Assembly (NCBI GenBank): GCA_036518575.1
Contig: DATDMX010000364.1
Coordinates: forward strand, 1-24,791
Source: Geobacteraceae bacterium
GTDB lineage: Bacteria > Desulfobacterota > Desulfuromonadia > Geobacterales > Geobacteraceae
DNA: 24,791 nt
Reading direction: 5' to 3'
Shown: one piece after another, positions 1 to 7,138 of the stretch
How the letters are laid out: the number at the start of each line of letters is the position of its first letter
Position numbering within the stretch: position 1 is the stretch's first letter
Notes under the pieces: model-generated
What the model was told of the DNA's origin: nothing
What the model saw: the letters and a program-made list of their open reading frames with translations, nothing else
The model's database searches: none
Translations under genes and position numbers: made by a program

Positions 1-2
1 TC

Positions 3-245
3 AAGTCGGCCCTGGCCGCCGAGGGGATGGTTGGCCCCAAGATGAACGCACCGGGCAGCATGGCGGAGGCGATCACCAAGGTCCTCCCGAGCCAGAAAGC
101 GCCGACGGTCTCCCACCTCTTCAACTCGGATTGGGTTTCCATCGAGAGTATCCTCAACGAGAAGGAAGTCCGTTCCATCATCCCCCAGCTCCTGAAACTC
201 GGAGCGGAGGGAATCGTGGAATACCCTCTCACCAAGATCATTTAG
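3..245 (+). CDS. hisG: ATP phosphoribosyltransferase (long form), C-terminal regulatory domain; 5'-truncated by window edge
   Basis: The frame is open from position 3 and reads [17 protein letters not shown]...PTVSHL...[37 protein letters not shown], the HisG C-terminal signature (P-T-V/I-S, GAEGIxEYPLxKII). Confidence 0.9.
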   Translation, partial: KSALAAEGMVGPKMNAPGSMAEAITKVLPSQKAPTVSHLFNSDWVSIESILNEKEVRSIIPQLLKLGAEGIVEYPLTKII

Positions 246-290
246 GGTGACCGGTAAGGACGACCGCCACATTTGATATGTATGGACAAC

Positions 291-331
291 AAGACGGGTT
301 GTGCCTCAGTGAGCACAGCCCATCTTTTTTT
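291..331 (+). terminator. Rho-independent terminator after hisG
   Basis: Stem AAGACGGGTTGTGC / GCACAGCCCATCTT (one G-U, one mismatch) followed by a T run. Confidence 0.75.
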
Positions 332-503
332 GTCCCCGCACACCGATTTAAGGGCAAGACTTCCGCGTCCATTGTCCCTTGGTTCTTGCCCTGGTTCCCC
401 TGTCATGATGTCAAGAGTGGTCTACCGCTGAATAAACGAGCGGCATGGTAAACAAAATCCTCACAAGAAGAAAAGGCATAATCGTCAACAGTATGGAGAC
501 AAC

Positions 504-1100
504 ATGAAAAGAATAATCATTGGACTTGCTCTCTCGTTACTGGCCGTTGCTGCCCGCGCAGACGACGGGATTAATTCCGACATCTATGTCAACAAGAAAT
601 TCAGCATCTCTCAAAACACAAGATTTGCGGTAATGCCTTTTGCTCTGACTGCTTCGTGGGCGCAAGCCCAAAACGAAGAAAGTACAAAGAAGAATGTTGA
701 AGACAAAAACACCGACAAGTTTGAACTCAGCTTGCTCAATGCCGGAGTCAAGGTAATAGAGAGAAACAAGCTGGAACGGATCTTTTCCGAACAAACATTT
801 TCCAAGACAGGCCTGACGGAAGCAGATTCGATAAAACTGGGGAAAATGCTGTCTGCAGATGTCGTTGTCTTGGGAACGATACCCATATGGACTTACTACG
901 ACAAAACACACAAAGGCTTTATTGAAATTCTCATCAAAGGTGTTGCTGTTGAAACAGGCGAGATCGTATTCAAGGTAATGTTCGATGCCAAGATCAACAC
1001 GACCGACGATGACTTCAGATATGACATGGCACAGCTCGAAACAAAGTCATACAAGATGCTCGGCGAAAAGATAAAAGGCTTGGTGGAGAGGAACAAGTGA
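504..1100 (+). CDS. Exported CsgG/HfaB (TolB-N/FlgO/LpoB-like fold) family protein
   Basis: Signal peptide MKRIIIGLALSLLAVAARA; motifs RFAVMPF, VKVIERNKLERIFSEQ and IKLGKMLSADVVVLGTI are typical of this superfamily; GGAG RBS upstream; no lipobox Cys. Confidence 0.65.
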   Translation: MKRIIIGLALSLLAVAARADDGINSDIYVNKKFSISQNTRFAVMPFALTASWAQAQNEESTKKNVEDKNTDKFELSLLNAGVKVIERNKLERIFSEQTFSKTGLTEADSIKLGKMLSADVVVLGTIPIWTYYDKTHKGFIEILIKGVAVETGEIVFKVMFDAKINTTDDDFRYDMAQLETKSYKMLGEKIKGLVERNK

Positions 1101-1161
1101 TCTGCCGCTCTTGCGGCAAATCATGGTGTCGCCACAAAGTCGAAGGAGGAGATGTATCGTC

Positions 1162-1359
1162 ATGGTGACAGTACTAATGCTTGCCTATCTCTTTGTCGGC
1201 CTTGTGGTCTATGCACTCACCGATACGAGAACCGTGGCGGGTGAGATAGAGTCGCGCAACCCGCTGGTGACCTTTGACGACGTCAACAAGTTCGTGACGG
1301 TGGTTGCCATAGCACTCTGGCCGTTGTGGCTTGCATACTATTTCCGCCGGAAGAAGTGA
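1162..1359 (+). CDS. Small hypothetical membrane protein, about 65 aa, two predicted TM helices
   Basis: AAGGAGGA at 1143-1150 precedes the in-frame ATG at 1162; two hydrophobic stretches and a basic C-terminus (RRKK). The start could instead be 1123. Confidence 0.55.
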   Translation: MVTVLMLAYLFVGLVVYALTDTRTVAGEIESRNPLVTFDDVNKFVTVVAIALWPLWLAYYFRRKK

Positions 1360-1388
1360 GAAGGTGCCATGCCGTGGCTTCCTGAAAC

Positions 1389-1433
1389 AAAAAGGGGCGG
1401 GCTGCTTCCGGAACAAGCTGCCCGCCCCTTTTT
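1389..1433. terminator. Bidirectional Rho-independent terminator between convergent genes
   Basis: A5-GGGGCGGGC...GCCCGCCCC-T5. Confidence 0.85.
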
Positions 1434-1448
1434 CTGATGGACACGGCT

Positions 1449-2108
1449 TTAGTGGATTTTTTTAGGAAACTGCTTGGCAAGTCCACCAGCCAGCGCATCG
1501 GCTATGACGTACATGTGGTTTTTCATCTCATCCCACACCTTGGCCTCACCTGCGAAGTTTTTCTCAGCCAAAGCATCCAGCTGCGCCATGTGGTGACCAC
1601 CATGGGCATAGAGCAGCGTCTTGAGCGTTTCCTTCGGCAGATACGGGTTGGCACCGCTCAAAAAGTCCGCGATTTCGTCGGCATTCTTGACCAGCTTGTC
1701 CTTTGCTGCCGCCTTGCCCGGAGTGTCACCGACGTAGGAAGCGATCATGTAGGCCTTAACCGCGCCGTAGTGGCCGGCCAGTAACCCGAACAGCTTGTCC
1801 GATGCCGCCTTGCCGTAGAACGGCTCGATAGAGGCGGCAATTGCCTTCGCATTTTCCACCACGTTGCCTTCAGCTATTGCCGCGGCTGCGCTGTCTCCGT
1901 ATTTCGTCGTCAGGGCGACATTCCTCACCCAGAACACGTGGCCGATCCACAAATCGCGCAATGCGTCCTTCAAATCGGCCTGCTTGATCACATCTGTTGC
2001 CGTCTTGCCGGGAACTGCATGGGAGTGTTCAGCTGCATAGGTTGTCGTCCCAACCTGGGTCAAGCCTGCCACAGCCATGGTCAGCAAGATCAGAAGTGCT
2101 TTTCTCAT
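1449..2108 (-). CDS. Exported hypothetical protein with three 56-aa His-containing helical repeats
   Basis: GGAGGT RBS 7 nt before ATG; signal peptide ending TYA|AEHSH; L-x-x-L-[WL]-x-x-H recurs with His57, His113 and His169; convergent terminator downstream. Confidence 0.85.
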   Translation of the reverse strand: MRKALLILLTMAVAGLTQVGTTTYAAEHSHAVPGKTATDVIKQADLKDALRDLWIGHVFWVRNVALTTKYGDSAAAAIAEGNVVENAKAIAASIEPFYGKAASDKLFGLLAGHYGAVKAYMIASYVGDTPGKAAAKDKLVKNADEIADFLSGANPYLPKETLKTLLYAHGGHHMAQLDALAEKNFAGEAKVWDEMKNHMYVIADALAGGLAKQFPKKIH

Positions 2109-2263
2109 GACTTATACCTCCCTTGTTACATCTTTGTCTTATTTCCATTATATCTCTTTCGGCGAAGGACCGAAGCAGAAGAATAGCCGGAGAGGGTCAA
2201 CATATTTACCATCTCTAACCATACGCCGCATTTCCATAACATCAAGCGTCTGGCCCCCCCCCC

Positions 2264-2305
2264 AAAAAAAAAAACGGCGTCCCCGGGAATCGGGACGCCG
2301 CTTTT
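2264..2305 (-). terminator. Rho-independent terminator of the VKOR-thioredoxin gene
   Basis: Minus strand CGGCGTCCC-loop-GGGACGCCG followed by T11. Confidence 0.85.
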
Positions 2306-2330
2306 CGCGACACATGCTATGTGGTTGCCA

Positions 2331-3368
2331 TTATTTCCTGACCGAAGCGATGGCCTCCGTTATGGCCTTTTTCGTAATCTGGTTATCGCCCACGAGAAGA
2401 ATCTTCTTCTTCGTCTTGTCGTTGGCAACGACCACCGTCGGTGTAGAAGTGACACCAAAACCGCGGTAAATGGATTCGAAAAGCTTCACGCCGTTCATGA
2501 CGTCCATAAAGTTCAGCTGCCGCAACTTCACGCCGGTGGAAGCAATTGCCGCCTGCACCTGGTCATTGGTCGGCGCCTTTGTCTTCAAGGCGAGAGCCGC
2601 AAGAGCAGTGCGCAGCGGGATATATTTCCCCTTCTCATACATGAGGAACTGAAGGTTGTAGGGCGTGAAGTTGGACGTTTCCGGGTGGATGGGGAAATCG
2701 ACGAACGCGACCCGCGCCATGCCGGCGATCTCCGGATACATCTTCTCCATTTGAGGTTCGAGTGCCCGGCAGGCGGGACAGAACCAGTCGCTCACAAAGT
2801 AAACGGTCACGCCACTAGTGGTCTTGCCAAGATAGATGTCGTTGGCAGGCGCCGCCTCGGCTTCCTGCCGTACCCCCAAGATGGAAGCAGTGAGACCGAC
2901 GACAACCACCATCGTCGCCAAAACCAGATACCTGCCGTAGCTCTTCATCGTACCTCCGTTGCGGGTCAAGTCGGTAACGACTCGATAGCTTGCCAGGGTC
3001 GCTCCCGTAAAAACGGTCGCCGCGATCCCGAGACATACCGGGCACCAGGCGCCGATGACATATTTCTGCAGCCAGATGAATCTCAACTCGGCGCCCGCCG
3101 CTGCCAACAGCACGAGCGACAGGAGCCACGATGCCGGGGCAAAGCGCCCACGAACGGCAAAAAGAACCGTCGTGAGAAGGAAAAAGCCGATGCCGAACCA
3201 GCCGAAATCCAGGCCAAAAATGGCGAATTTGGCCGTCTCCCTGCAGGCATCACTGCAGACATGGAGCGCCGACAACACCGACAGCACAAGGCCTGCGACT
3301 ATGGCCAGGCCAAGAAGCACAATGCTGACGGCAAACGGTCGTCTATTTTCCTGGGGGAGTGTTTGCAT
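2331..3368 (-). CDS. VKOR-family membrane disulfide oxidoreductase fused to a C-terminal DsbA/thioredoxin-fold domain
   Basis: Four TM helices with loop pair C38-SDA-C42 and GAW-C109PVC112 (VKOR active site); a fifth hydrophobic helix; then VYFVSDWF-C197PAC200 and a TSTPTVVV cis-Pro-like motif. Confidence 0.85.
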   Translation of the reverse strand: MQTLPQENRRPFAVSIVLLGLAIVAGLVLSVLSALHVCSDACRETAKFAIFGLDFGWFGIGFFLLTTVLFAVRGRFAPASWLLSLVLLAAAGAELRFIWLQKYVIGAWCPVCLGIAATVFTGATLASYRVVTDLTRNGGTMKSYGRYLVLATMVVVVGLTASILGVRQEAEAAPANDIYLGKTTSGVTVYFVSDWFCPACRALEPQMEKMYPEIAGMARVAFVDFPIHPETSNFTPYNLQFLMYEKGKYIPLRTALAALALKTKAPTNDQVQAAIASTGVKLRQLNFMDVMNGVKLFESIYRGFGVTSTPTVVVANDKTKKKILLVGDNQITKKAITEAIASVRK

Positions 3369-3429
3369 GGCAACAACGGTGACAGGTCGCGAAGAAAAAA
3401 GTTACTTTTGCGCTGTCATTACCAAACTT

Positions 3430-3458
3430 ATTGTAGCGGAAAAAACTTCGCAGGTAAA
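3430..3458 (-). promoter_or_regulatory. Putative sigma70 promoter of the VKOR-thioredoxin gene
   Basis: Minus strand TTTACC-17 nt-TACAAT. Confidence 0.45.
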
Positions 3459-3488
3459 GAACGGATGCGGAATACCCGAGGGATTTCC

Positions 3489-5405
3489 TCAGAACTGGTT
3501 TTCGGGCCACATGCCGTGCTCGTAGCGCTTCACCCTGTTCCTGCCGGCTTCTTTAGCCTTGTAGAGCGCCACGTCGGAAAACTTGATCGCCTGCCAGAAG
3601 CTCTCGGTATCGCACGGGAACTCGCTCACGCCGAGACTGATGGTCTTGCTCACGACGGCTCCGTGGGGCACGTTTATATGGGCTTTTTCGACGCTCTCCC
3701 GGATTTTTTCCGCCACGAGCATGCCCTGACCCTCCTCGATGTCGATGAGCACGACGAGAAACTCCTCGCCGCCGAACCGGATGACGATGTCCGATTCACG
3801 AATGCTCTTTCTGACGATGAGCGAGGTTTCCTTGAGGACGACGTCGCCCGCGTTGTGCCCGTGGACGTCGTTGACCTGCTTGAAATAGTCCAGGTCGCAC
3901 ATGATGAGCCCGACGCTCTTGCCCCGGCGCCGGACACCGGCCACCATCTCCTCGGTGTGCTCCTGCAGGAACCGCCGATTGTGGAGACCTGTCAGGGGAT
4001 CGATAAGGGCGGATTCACGCAGCGTTACCAGGAGCCGCTTGGCCTCGATCACCGACACCGATTCGTTGACGTATTGCTGCGCCCGAAAAATCCGCCGCTC
4101 CAGGTCGTCGAGCGCCGCGGCGTCGTCAGGACGCTCGAAACGCAACTGCACCACGCCGCCGGTGCTCCCTCCGATCATCATGGGTATGCAGACATGCTCT
4201 GTGCCTCGGGGGGCGACAAACTGGCGGCAAATCCCCGGATAGGCGGTGGAGGCTACCGTACGGCCGGTCTTCTTCGCCTTGCACAGGTCGCAGTTCTCCA
4301 GAATCTCCCTGCTGCACGCGAGCGTCTCCACCGCGGTGGAAACTGGGTGAACGGGCTTCATCCGGTTACGGCTGTTGGATATCTCGTAAATCACGTAATC
4401 GCTCAAGCCGTGCTGATCAGAGATGACTGCGCCGAGGCGGGCGTAGACGTCATCGACGTGCACTTCCTCTTCAATGACCTTCTTGAAGGTACTCATGCCG
4501 TGGATAGACTCCATGAGACCGTTGAATGCCGTGCACAGCACACCGATTTCATCCTTGGAGGCGATGGCGATCCTCTTCGACAAATCGAGATCACCCCGGT
4601 GGAGAGCCTGAATCTGGCCGATCATGTCATGCACGGGCCGAGCTATGGACCGGGATATCCAGAAGGTGAAGAGTGCCAGGAGGGCGGTCGCCATGAGAAG
4701 AACGCCCAATCCGGCGGCCAGGGCGTAATGGATGGACGTCTTGGTGCGGGCCGTATTGGCGGTATAGAGGTTCCCGATCTTGAGCGCATAGCCGTTGGAC
4801 AGGGTAATGGCATGCTCCAGGGTCCGACGCAGCTCCCCGAGTTTCGGCTCGATGGCCGCGCCACTCCCCTGGTTCACGGCAGCAAGCTTGAGAGCGGACA
4901 GGGTGTCGAGTTGCTGGTTGGCCAAGGTGGTGAGATCGACAATTTCGGCCAGATAACGGTCGGCCTCCGACGCTCCGGCTACGGCAATGGAGAAAAAGCC
5001 TCCGCCTCGCCCCCCCTCGAGCAAAGCAACCTCGTGCTCTTCCCCCTTCAGCGAGCCGACCAACGTGGTGATGGCGTCGAGACAGCTGGACGATTTCTCC
5101 GCCTTCTTCATAACCTCCCCGGCATTCACCGCTCTGGCCAGTTCCGTACTGTCGATGATAATCCTCTGCAGGTTCGTGACGATTTCCTGGGTAGCGCGTT
5201 CCCTCGGGATCACCCTCTTGACGACGGTTTCCGACTTTCCCTCCAGGTCGTACATGGCGACGACAATAACGGCAAACATGGCCACAAACCAGAAAAGCAC
5301 GCCGATGGCAAACAGGAGGAACTTCCTCCTGATGGGAAGGTCGGTGAACGTGATGAAATTCACGAGTCTTTCGATGGTTTGAGTCGTAGTACTACCGTTC
5401 TCCAT
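3489..5405 (-). CDS. Membrane-anchored diguanylate cyclase (2 TM, periplasmic helical sensor, HAMP, GAF-like, GGDEF)
   Basis: DPLTGLHNRRF, DLDYFKQVNDVHGHNAGD and RFGGEEF, with an RxxD I-site (RESD) five residues before GGEEF; HAMP motif RPV...DEIGVLCTAFN; two TM segments; GGAGG RBS. Confidence 0.92.
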   Translation of the reverse strand: MENGSTTTQTIERLVNFITFTDLPIRRKFLLFAIGVLFWFVAMFAVIVVAMYDLEGKSETVVKRVIPRERATQEIVTNLQRIIIDSTELARAVNAGEVMKKAEKSSSCLDAITTLVGSLKGEEHEVALLEGGRGGGFFSIAVAGASEADRYLAEIVDLTTLANQQLDTLSALKLAAVNQGSGAAIEPKLGELRRTLEHAITLSNGYALKIGNLYTANTARTKTSIHYALAAGLGVLLMATALLALFTFWISRSIARPVHDMIGQIQALHRGDLDLSKRIAIASKDEIGVLCTAFNGLMESIHGMSTFKKVIEEEVHVDDVYARLGAVISDQHGLSDYVIYEISNSRNRMKPVHPVSTAVETLACSREILENCDLCKAKKTGRTVASTAYPGICRQFVAPRGTEHVCIPMMIGGSTGGVVQLRFERPDDAAALDDLERRIFRAQQYVNESVSVIEAKRLLVTLRESALIDPLTGLHNRRFLQEHTEEMVAGVRRRGKSVGLIMCDLDYFKQVNDVHGHNAGDVVLKETSLIVRKSIRESDIVIRFGGEEFLVVLIDIEEGQGMLVAEKIRESVEKAHINVPHGAVVSKTISLGVSEFPCDTESFWQAIKFSDVALYKAKEAGRNRVKRYEHGMWPENQF

Positions 5406-5446
5406 GCTTACCCTCCGGAAAAAGAGACAGGCACCGCATCCGGTTT

Positions 5447-5474
5447 ATTATAATAACTTAATAAAAAATCGCAA
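5447..5474 (-). promoter_or_regulatory. Putative sigma70 promoter of the diguanylate cyclase
   Basis: Minus strand TTGCGA-16 nt-TATAAT in an AT-rich patch. Confidence 0.6.
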
Positions 5475-5640
5475 TACCTCTTTTTTTAAGTCGCAGCCAG
5501 GCTGCGTTTATGAGGGAACCGCACGAAACGGGGTTCCCGTACCTTCCGGATCATACAATGGGTGGTAAGATTATTCGTAGCTGTCTCGTAATGGGGAGAG
5601 TTCCGGCGGACCGCCGGAGACAACGGACGAGGAGGAAACG

Positions 5641-6099
5641 ATGATTATCGGCAAGCTTCCTTACAAATCGGATCTGTTGCGGGCACTGAACAAGATAGTG
5701 GCGGCTAAGGGAATCAAGGCAGGGGTCGTGCAGGTCATGGGGACGCTGGGAAGGGCACGGCTATCGTTCTACGACCAGAAGTTGCGAGCTTACAAGGAGG
5801 TGGATTTTGACACGTCACACGAAATTGTCTCGGGGATGGGAAACGTTTCCTGCCGGGACTCTTCCCCGTCCGTCCACCTGCACCTGGCCGTGGCAGACAG
5901 CGAAGGACGGGTCGTGGGTGGGCACTGCCTCGTGGGATGCCGGGTCTACGCGGTGGAGTTCGCCATCTGGCCGTTCAACGGCAAGGCGCCCCAGCGGGTC
6001 CCCGACCATGCCACGGGCCTTCTTCTCTGGTCGGAGGGCGTCTATGAGGAAAAAGAGTCTACGGCCACCGAGCGGCCGGGACTCGACACGGCGGAATAA
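5641..6099 (+). CDS. PPC/DUF296 domain protein
   Basis: GAGGAGG RBS; motifs EIVSGMGNVS, VHLHLAVAD.EG..VGGH and C-terminal D.ATGL.LW; the HxH...H triad is typical of a metal site in this family. Confidence 0.85.
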   Translation: MIIGKLPYKSDLLRALNKIVAAKGIKAGVVQVMGTLGRARLSFYDQKLRAYKEVDFDTSHEIVSGMGNVSCRDSSPSVHLHLAVADSEGRVVGGHCLVGCRVYAVEFAIWPFNGKAPQRVPDHATGLLLWSEGVYEEKESTATERPGLDTAE

Positions 6100-6156
6100 C
6101 GGCGCTCGAGGAGGGAAGGGGCAGTTTGCCGACAGGGCAATACCCGTCGCCCGGCG

Positions 6157-6951
6157 TTACCCCTTCATCTCTTCCCTGAGGCCCTCAACCACCGCCTTTA
6201 CCTCGGCCACCATCTCGGCCGCCTGGGGTGATGTCTCCATTTTCAGGTAGAGCTCAAGGTACTTGATGGCCTCCTTGACGTGCTCCTGGTCCATGTAGAG
6301 GCTTCCCAGCGTGAGGTAGGGCAGCGTGAAATGGGGGTCGAGGCGTACTGCTTCGAGACACTCCTTCTCCGATTCGTCCACTTCCCCCAGGTCATAGTAA
6401 AGCTCACCCAGGTTGAAGTGGGCGGCCGCATCGTTGGGATCGATCTCGATTCCCTTGCGAAAGGCGGCGATCGCCTTGTCCCGCTCCCCGAGACCGTACC
6501 AGGCATCGCCCAGGGCGTTGTAGGCGAAGACGTTGCTCGGATCGATGTCGAGGGCCGTGGTATAGGCCTTGATTGCTTCTTCTGCCCTCTCCAGGCTGTT
6601 GTAGACGAGGCCCATGCTCACGTAGCCATCAGCATCCTTCGGATTCACGTCGACGACTTTCTTGTAAAGGTGGAGTGCCTCCTTGAGTTGCCCCTGTTCG
6701 TAATGGATGTCGCCCAGGGCGGTCAGGGCCTCCGCATCCTCGGGGGCAAGTTTGAGCCCCTCCTGATAGGCGGCGACGGCTCCCGCCATATCATCGGCAC
6801 CGGCCAATGCCTCGCCGAGATAGAAGTGCCCCTCGGCGTTCTGGGGTTCAAGGGCGGTGCAGCGTTTGAACTCGGCTGCGGCCTTGGTATGGTCACCGGC
6901 TTCGAGAAATGCGATTCCCTGTGCCAGATGGTCATCGAAAGTCTTTTTCAT
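6157..6951 (-). CDS. Tetratricopeptide repeat protein (about 6-7 TPRs)
   Basis: Repeated 34-aa units (AEGHFYLGEAL, AEALTALGDIH, ADGYVSMGLVY, VFAYNALGDAW, AAAHFNLGELY, TLPYLTLGSLY); GGAGG RBS supports the ATG at 6951 rather than the ORF-track start. Confidence 0.9.
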   Translation of the reverse strand: MKKTFDDHLAQGIAFLEAGDHTKAAAEFKRCTALEPQNAEGHFYLGEALAGADDMAGAVAAYQEGLKLAPEDAEALTALGDIHYEQGQLKEALHLYKKVVDVNPKDADGYVSMGLVYNSLERAEEAIKAYTTALDIDPSNVFAYNALGDAWYGLGERDKAIAAFRKGIEIDPNDAAAHFNLGELYYDLGEVDESEKECLEAVRLDPHFTLPYLTLGSLYMDQEHVKEAIKYLELYLKMETSPQAAEMVAEVKAVVEGLREEMKG

Positions 6952-7035
6952 GAGATCCTCCCGGGGTTTCCAACGTTGCCACACTATACCAGAAACAAAA
7001 ATCGATTGCCATAGCTACTGAAGTGCTAAAAAGAC

Positions 7036-7064
7036 TTAACAAATCATAGTCTTTTCTGCATAAT
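7036..7064 (+). promoter_or_regulatory. Putative sigma70 promoter of ptsP
   Basis: TTAACA-17 nt-CATAAT. Confidence 0.5.
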
Positions 7065-7138
7065 GCGAACCAGCCATCCGGCCGGCCGGCAACGGCCACG
7101 TGTTTCAGCAGTTCACCTCACGGACAAAGGCGTCTTTC

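Noticed and set aside
351-392. AGGGCAAGA / TCTTGCCCT inverted repeat upstream of the low-GC islet (possible IS-end remnant)
   Set aside because: It is only 9 bp, with no transposase and no partner at the other side of the islet, so I cannot support a mobile-element call.
2319-5453. 1044-aa plus-strand ORF spanning the VKOR and DGC genes
   Set aside because: It lies in exact codon register antisense to both real genes (2319, 2331 and 5403 share the frame). Antisense stops need TTA, CTA or TCA sense codons, which are rare at this GC. It has no recognisable motifs, so it is a shadow ORF.
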